Source: Candidatus Latescibacterota bacterium
GTDB taxonomy: Bacteria > Latescibacterota > UBA2968
Assembly: GCA_965204375.1 (NCBI GenBank)
Contig: OZ241986.1
Location: forward strand, 4,768,001 to 4,832,000
Direction of reading: 5' to 3'
Length of the DNA: 64,000 nt
Shown: positions 28,989 to 37,697 of the stretch, piece by piece
Layout of the letters: every line of letters begins with the position of its first letter
How positions within the stretch are numbered: the first letter of the stretch is position 1
Position numbers and translations under genes: made by a program
The notes under the pieces: model-generated
What the model saw: the letters and a program-made list of their open reading frames with translations, nothing else
The model's database searches: none
Told to the model about the DNA's origin: nothing

Positions 28989-29552
28989 CTATTCGCCTTC
29001 TCCAATGGTTTTTCGAAGCAGGACTCTTCCGCGGTACAGCCAGGTTTTTACGGTGCCTATGGGTACTTGCATTGCTTTTTCGATTTCGGCATACGAGTAG
29101 TCCTCGATATAACGCAGGCGCATGGCTTCGCGATATTGTTGTGGCAGTGTTTGTATGCTCCTGCGTACGAGGTGTTGGCATTCCCGTGCGTGCAGGGCGG
29201 TTTCCGGGTCCTGTACACAGGACGGGGCGATTTTTTCTATGCCTTCTGGCGTGTGGAAATAGGTTGTCCATTTGCGCCGTACGGATTGCGATTCGCTGTG
29301 CGAGATGCATACGTTCATTGCTATGCGGGTCAACCAGGTGGAGAATGCCGCGTCACCGCGAAAGCGATTGAGTCCCTGGTATGCTTTTATAAATGCGATT
29401 TGGACCAGGTCATCGATGTCGTCCTTGTTTTGTGTGTTGCTGGCTACGATTGCATAAATTCGGGCTACGTTTGCTTTGTACAGTTTGCCAAATGCGATCC
29501 CATCACCCATCCGCGCTTTTAGTACCATTGTCTGTTCTTCGTTCGGTGCCAT
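28989..29552 (-). CDS. ECF-type sigma factor, paralog of 15687-16265
   Basis: FRGDAAFSTWLTRIAMN and YSYAEI...PIGTVKTWLYRGR; start MAPNEE after GAGGAG. Confidence 0.92.
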   Translation of the reverse strand: MAPNEEQTMVLKARMGDGIAFGKLYKANVARIYAIVASNTQNKDDIDDLVQIAFIKAYQGLNRFRGDAAFSTWLTRIAMNVCISHSESQSVRRKWTTYFHTPEGIEKIAPSCVQDPETALHARECQHLVRRSIQTLPQQYREAMRLRYIEDYSYAEIEKAMQVPIGTVKTWLYRGRVLLRKTIGEGE

Positions 29553-29644
29553 GATACTCCTCTTGTGTCGTGAGGTCATGTTGTTTTTGTTGATCATCTA
29601 CTGTGTTCTGCACCGATGGGTGTTTGGGGCGGTCCGCGAAGGGC

Positions 29645-29682
29645 AATAAAAAACCCGACATCGAATCTACCTCGATGTCGGG
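29645..29682 (-). terminator. Intrinsic terminator upstream of the ECF sigma gene
   Basis: Minus strand CCCGACATCGA-7 nt loop-TCGATGTCGGG-TTTTTT. Confidence 0.8.
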
Positions 29683-30066
29683 CACGTAGGGTATAGGCAC
29701 CAAAACCCCCACTCAGGGGTTGGCAAAATTTTAGCCTCCAGGGCATAATCGCCGCCTCCTGGAGGGATAATGGCAGTGTGAATGGACCATTTATTTTTAC
29801 CTAAGAATATGTAATTTCAGGTATTTATCTCCTACAAGCAGAGGGCTTTTGTTTTTGGGATTGGACAATATAGCCCGTTCTGTTTTTTTCTGCAAGAAAA
29901 AATCTGTACCCTACAAAAAAATTGTTTTTTTGAAAATGAGGCGGGACAGCGATTAGCGGGCGATCACAATGTCGTCGTAGGGGACGATCCCTTTGCCATC
30001 CCAGCCTGTATATTAGACCGGACAGGTGAAAATTGTACGTCACGGGGTACGGCAAAAAGTGCGTCA

Positions 30067-31014
30067 TCAAAACTGGACGACAAAATCAATATACGGAACG
30101 CCGGGAAAAATTGCTCCCTCTCCTATCACATTGATCAGCCCCAGATCTACGCTTAATCGTTTGCCAAAGAATCGTATGCCATAAGAGATCAAGGGTTCGT
30201 CTATGCCGGGAAAGATCCAGTTTTCTGTGACAAATGCCGTCCGTCGCGTCAAGCGCTTCTCTCCTCCGATCATTACCATGGGACGATCTGCCAGATTTCC
30301 CTCTACAAAACCATAACCGAGTCCCGCAGTCAGGCTGGCATCGGGTTGCCCAAATGTTGTTACGCCATACAATATGCCCGCGACTTCAGGGTCATCTTCT
30401 TGAAAGTCCTCATCCTCATATCTCGGAATACGCACGAGAAGTGCGCCCAGGGCGAAAGAAAAAGTCTTTTCCTGTATTAAGCCGAATTTTGGTGCGACAA
30501 AAAATAATTGATCATTTATATCCACGGTGGGAAAGATGGAAAGTCCTCCTCCCAGAGTAAAGCGATCTGTGATTCCATAAGCAAAGCCTGGAAAAAAAAT
30601 ATAATAATCAGAGAAATAACCTTTGCCCTGTTTCAGCATGCGCGCCGTTGGTGCAAAGAATAGGCGTGTTATATTGGGGTTTGGAAACCAGAATTCTCCC
30701 TTTCGTATTAAGTCGGCAGACACTGTTTCAATGTGTTTGATTTTTGAAATGGGAATGTGGATAATGCCGAGGTCTGTCTTAAATGCAATCTCTTCAGTAC
30801 CAATCTCCACAATGCGTCCGATATTTGTCGATCCATCGGTTGTTTCTATCACCTGAATTTGAGTGGAATCGGGAATCGCCAACTGGGACGTGAGGGAGGA
30901 TGGTGCGTTCTTCGCGTGTTCTTCTGCAAAGATACTGTTTAGAGAGATTGCAGTATAGATCAAGAGTACCCATTGCGCTCGTATCATGACGAAATCCTCT
31001 AATCCCCTTTTCAT
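30067..31014 (-). CDS. Hypothetical secreted / outer-membrane beta-rich protein
   Basis: Signal-like N-terminus, alternating beta-strand pattern, C-terminal Phe; start may be 30987. Confidence 0.7.
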   Translation of the reverse strand: MKRGLEDFVMIRAQWVLLIYTAISLNSIFAEEHAKNAPSSLTSQLAIPDSTQIQVIETTDGSTNIGRIVEIGTEEIAFKTDLGIIHIPISKIKHIETVSADLIRKGEFWFPNPNITRLFFAPTARMLKQGKGYFSDYYIFFPGFAYGITDRFTLGGGLSIFPTVDINDQLFFVAPKFGLIQEKTFSFALGALLVRIPRYEDEDFQEDDPEVAGILYGVTTFGQPDASLTAGLGYGFVEGNLADRPMVMIGGEKRLTRRTAFVTENWIFPGIDEPLISYGIRFFGKRLSVDLGLINVIGEGAIFPGVPYIDFVVQF

Positions 31015-31358
31015 ACCTCAGAGACCGAAAGCACTGTGGTATAATACGCAAGCATGGCGTTGTCGGCGTCCGATTCCGTAATTTCATAAGGGATAGATTC
31101 AAATGATTTTTGCTCCTGTGCATCAAGTTCTTCTGAAAGGTAAAATTCATGAAGAATATCGTTTCTGCCAAAAGAAAAATTTCTGTCACCCTTGTCGGCT
31201 ATACGCACATCCGCTAAGAATACAACAGCGGAAAATATGACTTTAACCTTTTTAGCGTGGTGGTTCTGTAGTGTTCCTCTGACAGTAACAATATTGTCTG
31301 TCTTGCTTATAGATAGTCCACTTTCATCAATCGTTACCGTTGATGTATTTAGTATCAT
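31011..31358 (-). CDS. Hypothetical protein (FxLYD-like beta sandwich possible)
   Basis: GGAGG RBS; VRGTLQN motif; overlaps the next gene. Confidence 0.6.
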   Translation of the reverse strand: MILNTSTVTIDESGLSISKTDNIVTVRGTLQNHHAKKVKVIFSAVVFLADVRIADKGDRNFSFGRNDILHEFYLSEELDAQEQKSFESIPYEITESDADNAMLAYYTTVLSVSEV

Positions 31359-31466
31359 AGTTTAATCCTCCTGTGTGGTTTAGCCATTATATCTTTCCTT
31401 ATTCGTCGAGACAAGCGTAAACTTCACCGAGATTGACGTGAGGGTATCGGTTTAATAAAAAAGAAC

Positions 31467-31651
31467 GGTCAAGTCCTATATTTAGTTGAAATAATCGAGG
31501 CGGTTGGTTTCAGTCAGCAGCAAGTGCGTCTTGATTGTCTGTATCGAGTTTCAAGTTCTTCATAAGTGCGCGTCTGAGCCTGGGTAGGCTTTTGTAGCCT
31601 TTCACTCTTCGCAGGCGGGGTTCAATATCCAATAATGCGGTAGCTAACCAG
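31467..31651 (-). mobile_element. IS256-family remnant (transposase C-terminus and right end)
   Basis: Minus strand translates WLATALLDIEPRLRRVKGYKSLPRLRRALM...*, followed by TTCAACTAAATATAGGACTTGACC, which resembles a terminal repeat. Confidence 0.7.
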
Positions 31652-31693
31652 ATTGACTGCCAAGAAGCCCAACTGCTCTATCGTTGGGAGTAA

Positions 31694-33091
31694 TCACCGC
31701 TCTTCACTCAGCGTTAATCGCAAGATCGCATCGGGCTGGTTGAGGACTACGTACACTGCGCCGTCTGGTCCGGATATAGCCTCGCGCACCCGTCCCGCGT
31801 TTTTCAGAATTACTTCTTCGTGTATGACGCGATCTCCGTCAACGGAGAGGACCCGCACGTCTTCGTATTTTAAGGATGCTACGAGCAATTTGTTTTGCCA
31901 TTTGGAGAACATGTTGCCACGGTAAAAATTGATGCCGCAGATGGCGATGGATGGTCTCCAATACAGGGTTGGTTGTTCCATTCCCGGTTGGCTGACGCGG
32001 TTGGAGACGATTGTGCCGTTGTAGTTGAGGCCGTAGGTGATTTCAGGCCATCCGTAGTTTTTCCCTTTGGCGACGACATTGAGTTCGTCACCGCCCATTG
32101 GTCCGTGTTCGCCGTCCCATATTTTTCCCGTGATTGGGTTGACTGCCATGCCCTGGGGATTGCGATGGCCATAAGAATAGATGGTTTTGAGGGCGCCCTC
32201 CTGGCTCATAAAGGGATTGTCTTTGGGGATGCGTCCGTCTGTGTGGATGCGGTGGACTTTGCCGTTTGGTCGGGTCAAGTCCTGTGCCTGGTTTTGCAAG
32301 CCCCGGTCTCCTATTGCAAAGTAGAGGTATCCGTTTGCATCGAATACGATGCGAGTGCCGTAGTGATGCCGGGTTGTGAGATAGGTTTCGTGTGGGGCTT
32401 CGTAGATTACTTGTTGGTTGGTCCAGGTGTTGTTCCTGATATGACCGCGTACGATGCGGGTCATTGCAGGGGTCCGGCGCTGTCCTTCAATGCGGGCGAG
32501 TTCATGGCTGTAGGCGAGGTAGATCCATCCGTTTTCAGAGTAGTTCGGGTCTATTGCTACGTCCATTAATCCGCCTTGTCCCTCATGGACGACCTGAGGT
32601 GTTCCTGCGACAGGGTCGAGGAGTTGTCCGTTTTTTACCATTCGCAGTGTGCCCGGGCGTTCGGTAATGAGTGCTGTTTGTGGGTCGATGAAGTCGATTC
32701 CCCAAGGGATTTGCAGGTCCTGGACCCAGATATCGACATTGATGTCGTAGTCGAGTGTTTGTACAAAGTCAGGCGGCGGAGGTTTGGGTTGGCCCACTTC
32801 TTTTTCTTGTTGTTCGATAAAATCCACGATCATCGCGATCTGTCTGTTTGTGAGCTGTTTTTCATAGCCGGGCATGCCCAGTTCGGTGAGTCCGTTTTTG
32901 ATGTTGCGAATGCGGTAGCCGCGTCCGTCTCCGTATTTCCAGATGCCATCGACCATGCTCGGTGCATTGCCCCCTCTCAGGTCGGGTCCGTGACACTGCG
33001 CGCAATATGTCATGTAGAGTGCTTTTCCATCTTGTGCGAATGCCGGGTGATGCAATACGCTGAAGATAAATATTACAATAAAATGCCTCAT
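31694..33091 (-). CDS. PQQ-dependent sugar dehydrogenase (GSDH family) with an N-terminal cytochrome c domain
   Basis: CAQCH heme motif; GQGGLMDV, YGHRNPQG and EHGPMGGDELN. Confidence 0.92.
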   Translation of the reverse strand: MRHFIVIFIFSVLHHPAFAQDGKALYMTYCAQCHGPDLRGGNAPSMVDGIWKYGDGRGYRIRNIKNGLTELGMPGYEKQLTNRQIAMIVDFIEQQEKEVGQPKPPPPDFVQTLDYDINVDIWVQDLQIPWGIDFIDPQTALITERPGTLRMVKNGQLLDPVAGTPQVVHEGQGGLMDVAIDPNYSENGWIYLAYSHELARIEGQRRTPAMTRIVRGHIRNNTWTNQQVIYEAPHETYLTTRHHYGTRIVFDANGYLYFAIGDRGLQNQAQDLTRPNGKVHRIHTDGRIPKDNPFMSQEGALKTIYSYGHRNPQGMAVNPITGKIWDGEHGPMGGDELNVVAKGKNYGWPEITYGLNYNGTIVSNRVSQPGMEQPTLYWRPSIAICGINFYRGNMFSKWQNKLLVASLKYEDVRVLSVDGDRVIHEEVILKNAGRVREAISGPDGAVYVVLNQPDAILRLTLSEER

Positions 33092-33132
33092 ATGTTTTCT
33101 CCTATGGTTGAGACACAGTATTCCCCTCTCCC

Positions 33133-34260
33133 CTAAAACCATCTCTTGTAATAAAACGGACTATTTTCATCTTCATTCAACTGCTTTACCACCTCGTAGA
33201 ACCACATATCCAGCGGCATCTCATGCGCGTCCAATCGCGGAAAGGGATTAAAATCATCGGTCGCCAGCGTCTTGCCAATAACATCTATCATCCCCAAACC
33301 CAACTCCGGCACATCCACGCGCCGGATACCTGCTCTCTCCATCAATTTATCATACACATAAGACATCGTCGTACCGCCCGGAATAAACGGCAAAGCGCGC
33401 GTCCGCATCACTGGAAAAAACACATCTATCATTTTCCGGTCTGTACCATAAGCCGCGGAAGTTGCCGCATGAAGCGCGTCCTTGGGCAAATACAAACTCG
33501 TCGAATACGCGCCATTGCGCCCGTATTCCACCGCATCTGGATCGCGGCTCGGCTTGTCCAAACTGCCGCGCCAATCGCAAAAAGCCGTCACAGCCACGGA
33601 AATTCCCGAATCCATCAGTGCATCTGTAAACTGCACAGCCATATCGCCCATCAAAAATTTGGTCGCCTCAACAGCACGCTCAGACAAAGGCGTCAACTGC
33701 CACTGGAACAAACCCTCTGCATCGACATCTTTCACAAATGTCGGGGGATAACCCGGCAACATGCCCGAACTGGCTGCAGCCATTGAATTGATATAAATCA
33801 CATCCTTTGCATCGGCTACTTTGAGCGCATCTACAATTTTATCCAACGCCCTTCCCTCCAATGCGTACCCATCATTGATCCAGTGAAAACGGTCGCCCAA
33901 ATTAGTTGCACGCATCTGCATCTCTTCGCCCGTCGCATATCCCAGCGACCTCGACAAATCGCGTGCCACCACCGTCAGACTTCCACTTTCGGCGACCAGA
34001 TCGAGCAAAGCCACTGCCACCGAACAGCCAATGCCCAACCCCGTCCCACCAATAATCACAAAATGTCGTCCCTTTACCCAATCGAGCGCGTACCGATCCA
34101 CAGCGGCACGCTGTGCCGACCCTCGCTGATCCAGCAATTTAACCGCCTCTGCCGGAAACGCCTCAACCTCTTCTTTGCTCGGCCGCGAAAGTGCCGGCGC
34201 GCCTTCCACGACACGCACCCCCGGCATCGGACTTGCAAACGGACTTGGAAAGTCACTCAT
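33133..34260 (-). CDS. Rossmann-fold protein, possible divergent FabV/Ter enoyl reductase homolog
   Basis: VIIGGTGLGIG, VEATKFLMG, TRALPFIP and RLDAHEM recall FabV motifs in the same order. Confidence 0.55.
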   Translation of the reverse strand: MSDFPSPFASPMPGVRVVEGAPALSRPSKEEVEAFPAEAVKLLDQRGSAQRAAVDRYALDWVKGRHFVIIGGTGLGIGCSVAVALLDLVAESGSLTVVARDLSRSLGYATGEEMQMRATNLGDRFHWINDGYALEGRALDKIVDALKVADAKDVIYINSMAAASSGMLPGYPPTFVKDVDAEGLFQWQLTPLSERAVEATKFLMGDMAVQFTDALMDSGISVAVTAFCDWRGSLDKPSRDPDAVEYGRNGAYSTSLYLPKDALHAATSAAYGTDRKMIDVFFPVMRTRALPFIPGGTTMSYVYDKLMERAGIRRVDVPELGLGMIDVIGKTLATDDFNPFPRLDAHEMPLDMWFYEVVKQLNEDENSPFYYKRWF

Positions 34261-34281
34261 ATTATTTCTCCTGGTAAAATA

Positions 34282-36792
34282 TTATCCCAACTCTTCCCAC
34301 TCAATTGTAAACCCCGTACTTTCTTCAAACGCTGGCGCGCGTGTACCTGCATCCTCTGGCACCATCGCCACCGGCACCACCACGCGATTTTCATTCAGAT
34401 AAATTTTTGCCGCACCGCGCACCACACACGCTTCTGGCGTAATTGCGCGCGCTTCCCGGGCAATCTCGTCTTGATTGGCTGACGGACGCACCCGAATCTC
34501 CCACCCGATCCTCTCGCCCACCACGTCTAAAAACCTGCGATAGCGATTGCCCACCTGAGAGGAAATAAAAGCCACCTCGATATACGAACCGCTCTTCAGG
34601 CCCATTTTTGATGGTGCGTGGGGTTGATCCCCAAACGCCTTTCGGATCTCGCTATACGCTTTATTAATCTCCCATGCATCTGCCTTCTTCTCCGGCATTG
34701 CGACTTCTGTCTTTACCCCCCCTGGCCAATCCAGTATCAAATCAAAACCCGTCTTTGCCTTAAAACCCGCTGCCGCGTCACCGCTTACCCGCTCCCAATC
34801 ATCCCCCCCATCCTTCGACACATCAACAGCCAACACCACCGCCTTCTGATCCAGATGCAGCGCAGGCGCTTTCAAAACCCTTGCCCCCGCGGGCACGGCA
34901 GCCTGCGCCTCTTCAAAAAGCCGCCCCTGATGCGGCGTCTCCCGCAGCCTGAGCGACCAACCCGTCTCATCCTCCAACCGGACAAGCGTTTCGCCATACT
35001 GCTCTTGAACCACATCGGGAAAATAAAAAGCCAGTTCATACACGCTGTCATCTACATACGCGCTGCACTTAAACAACCCCGCCTCGGGCGGAAAAATCGA
35101 CATAATATGCGTGCGGGCTTCATTCATCTCCATCGGCCCGGCTTCTGACACCTCTTTGGGATGGAACAAATAAGCGCGCCGATAATCCGGCTCGAAAAAT
35201 TCCCGCGAACCCGACAACAACAACCGAAAAGCCTCCACCTCTGACGGCGTCGTCATCTCCGTACCAAACCAAATCTCCGCCAATTCCTGCGCGCGAAACG
35301 GCCCCTGTGCGCCCGTTTCCAACACATAATTGTGTACCTCCGCAAGCGTATCATCGCTCATCGCTCTTCCACCTGCAATACCCGCCCGTGAAACGCGCCG
35401 ACCATAGCCGCGTTGTCGCATCGTCCGCATTGCCTCCACGGAATACGCACCGCCATTTTCCGGTAACTGCACGCCCTCTGGCAAATACACATCTACCATC
35501 GAAGACAATGCGCCGCGCGCCTCTGCATCGCCGTGAACGAGAAAACAGGTACGCGGTTTCAGCCTCTGAACCAACCCCGTCAACTCACCCCCATCTGCAT
35601 GTGCCGAAAGCGAATACGGCTCCACCTGACACGCCACGGATATGCGCTGACCATTCAACATCAACGCGCGCTCTTCGGGATCCTTTGCCTGCATCAGATC
35701 CAACAATGCACGCCCGGGAGACTCTTCATCCTGATACCCCGTTATCGCAATCAAATTCGCCGCATCGCCAGCCAAACGCTCGGCATAAAAACTCGACGCA
35801 CCTCCGATCAACATCCCCGAAGACGCCACAATACAACACGGCGGCCCCGACAAAATCCGGCGGCGATCAGCCGGTGATGACACCGCCCCCACAGTATCCG
35901 AATAAAAAATATTCTCATCGCGCTCTGCCCTGCGTCGCATCGATGGCGCGAGATCATCGCCAAAAGCCGCATATACCGCATTGACCGACCGCACCATCCC
36001 ATCGACAAACACGGGAAACTCGGGAATCTGCTTGCGCCGCATCGCCCGCGCCAAAATCAGAATAACCTCCTGAGAACGCCCCACGGCAAAAGCCGGAACC
36101 AGCACCTTGCCACCCGCTTCAATCACCTCGGCCACGCGCAGTGCAAGCGCGGCCTCTTGCTGGGCGCGATCTGCATGCTGGCGATTGCCATACGTCGATT
36201 CCATCACCATCACATCGGGTCGGCACTGCGGCACAACCATGCCCGGAATCGTCAGTTGATTGGCAACCGACACATCGCCCGTCATCAAAACACTTTCTCG
36301 CACACCCTCAATATAGATCAACGCCGCACCCAGAATATGCCCTGCGGGAATCCAGGTCGCGGTCAACGCACCATCGCAAAGCGGCACCGTTGCAAGCCAT
36401 GGCACATCCACCATGCGCCCCAATGCTGCATCGGCTGCCTCCGGTGGATAAAGCGGCAACTCGCCATCCCGGTCTTGCGCCATCAGTTTCACGGCATCTG
36501 ACAACAACACCCGTGTAATCGCCTGTGTTGCAGGCGTAGAATACACCTTCACATCCGCCGGCAGACTATTCACCAACACCGGCAACGCACCCGTATGATC
36601 GGTATGCGCGTGTGTAATCAACACCTCATCGGGTAGCCCCACATCGTCCAGCACCGAAAAATTGGGCAACTGCGCCCCCTGTGCAGCACCCATTCGAATA
36701 CCCGCATCCACCAGAATGCGTCGCCCTTCAATCTCAATTAATGTACAGGAAGCACCGACCTCATCGGCACCGCCTAAAAAGTGGAGTTTCAT
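34282..36792 (-). CDS. MBL-fold beta-CASP ribonuclease with a long repeated C-terminal extension
   Basis: FLGGADEVGASC, THAHTDH, AGHILG, MESTYG, AVGRSQE, GYQDEESPG and LSAHAD. Confidence 0.92.
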   Translation of the reverse strand: MKLHFLGGADEVGASCTLIEIEGRRILVDAGIRMGAAQGAQLPNFSVLDDVGLPDEVLITHAHTDHTGALPVLVNSLPADVKVYSTPATQAITRVLLSDAVKLMAQDRDGELPLYPPEAADAALGRMVDVPWLATVPLCDGALTATWIPAGHILGAALIYIEGVRESVLMTGDVSVANQLTIPGMVVPQCRPDVMVMESTYGNRQHADRAQQEAALALRVAEVIEAGGKVLVPAFAVGRSQEVILILARAMRRKQIPEFPVFVDGMVRSVNAVYAAFGDDLAPSMRRRAERDENIFYSDTVGAVSSPADRRRILSGPPCCIVASSGMLIGGASSFYAERLAGDAANLIAITGYQDEESPGRALLDLMQAKDPEERALMLNGQRISVACQVEPYSLSAHADGGELTGLVQRLKPRTCFLVHGDAEARGALSSMVDVYLPEGVQLPENGGAYSVEAMRTMRQRGYGRRVSRAGIAGGRAMSDDTLAEVHNYVLETGAQGPFRAQELAEIWFGTEMTTPSEVEAFRLLLSGSREFFEPDYRRAYLFHPKEVSEAGPMEMNEARTHIMSIFPPEAGLFKCSAYVDDSVYELAFYFPDVVQEQYGETLVRLEDETGWSLRLRETPHQGRLFEEAQAAVPAGARVLKAPALHLDQKAVVLAVDVSKDGGDDWERVSGDAAAGFKAKTGFDLILDWPGGVKTEVAMPEKKADAWEINKAYSEIRKAFGDQPHAPSKMGLKSGSYIEVAFISSQVGNRYRRFLDVVGERIGWEIRVRPSANQDEIAREARAITPEACVVRGAAKIYLNENRVVVPVAMVPEDAGTRAPAFEESTGFTIEWEELG

Positions 36793-36798
36793 AAGCAA

Positions 36799-36901
36799 TC
36801 AGTAGTTAGTGGTTAGTGTTAGTGGTTAGTCCAACCAGCCCCCAATCCCTCGCTTTTCGCCTTCCATCCTGATCATCCTTTCATCCTGAAAATCCTGATT
36901 C
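36799..36901. repeat. Short-period repeat tract (TAGTGGT-like and ATCCTG-like units)
   Basis: TAGTTAGTGGTTAGTGTTAGTGGTTAG and ATCCTGATCATCCTTTCATCCTGAAAATCCTGATT. Confidence 0.6.
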
Positions 36902-36952
36902 GCTTTTAAGTTGTCCAAAAAACTAAAATACGCTATTTTTCCCAGATAGGAG

Positions 36953-37582
36953 GTGATAGCTTTGATCGATATTCAAGTCCAAAAAGAGAAAAAGCTGCCC
37001 GAAAAAATCCTTTCGATTGAGCAATTCCTGGAATGGTGTGAAGAAGACATTCAGGCTGAATGGGTGGATGGAAAGATTATAATTATGTCGCCAGCATCGC
37101 GCAAACACCAGCAAATTGCAGATTTTTTGTCCGCCATTCTTCGGATTTTTTCAGAAACCAAAAATTTGGGACTCACCATCAGTGCCCCCTTCTCTATGCG
37201 CCTTGATGAAACTTCCGCAGTTCGAGAACCCGACCTTCTATTTATAAGCACAGCAAATTTGCACCGTCTCAAAGAAACCTATCTCGATGGCCCGGCTGAT
37301 ATCGCAATTGAAATTGTCTCCCCTGAAAGTATTGGACGCGACCGCGAAGAAAAATTTGTCGAATACGAGCGGGTGGGTATCCCCGAATACTGGCTCATCG
37401 ATCCCGTTCACGAACAGGCCGAATTTTATATTTTGAAACAGGGGAGATATCATCTCGCTGACATCTCCGACGGTATCTTCCGATCCCAAATCTTACCCGA
37501 GTTCGATCTTCAAACCGCATGGCTCTGGCAAAATCCCCTGCCCAACACATTGCGCGTCTTGCGCGAAATCGGCATTTTGTAA
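36953..37582 (+). CDS. Uma2-family endonuclease (DUF820)
   Basis: EWVDG, REPDLLFI, IAIEIVSP and K..EY...GIPEYWLIDP. Confidence 0.92.
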   Translation: MIALIDIQVQKEKKLPEKILSIEQFLEWCEEDIQAEWVDGKIIIMSPASRKHQQIADFLSAILRIFSETKNLGLTISAPFSMRLDETSAVREPDLLFISTANLHRLKETYLDGPADIAIEIVSPESIGRDREEKFVEYERVGIPEYWLIDPVHEQAEFYILKQGRYHLADISDGIFRSQILPEFDLQTAWLWQNPLPNTLRVLREIGIL

Positions 37583-37697
37583 TATCTTATGATTTATGCT
37601 CAAATCATTCGCCTTCATATTTGCTTCCCTACCTTGCCTGCCTGTGCGGAACCCCCGTACCCAGACAAATAGACTACGCCCATCCCACAGTCGCCTT

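Noticed and set aside
29690-29775. SAM-I riboswitch call for the ECF leader (TTATC, CAACC, GGTGCC words)
   Set aside because: The kink-turn/pseudoknot core and the closing GAT strand of P1 are not identifiable; kept only as an unclassified structured leader.
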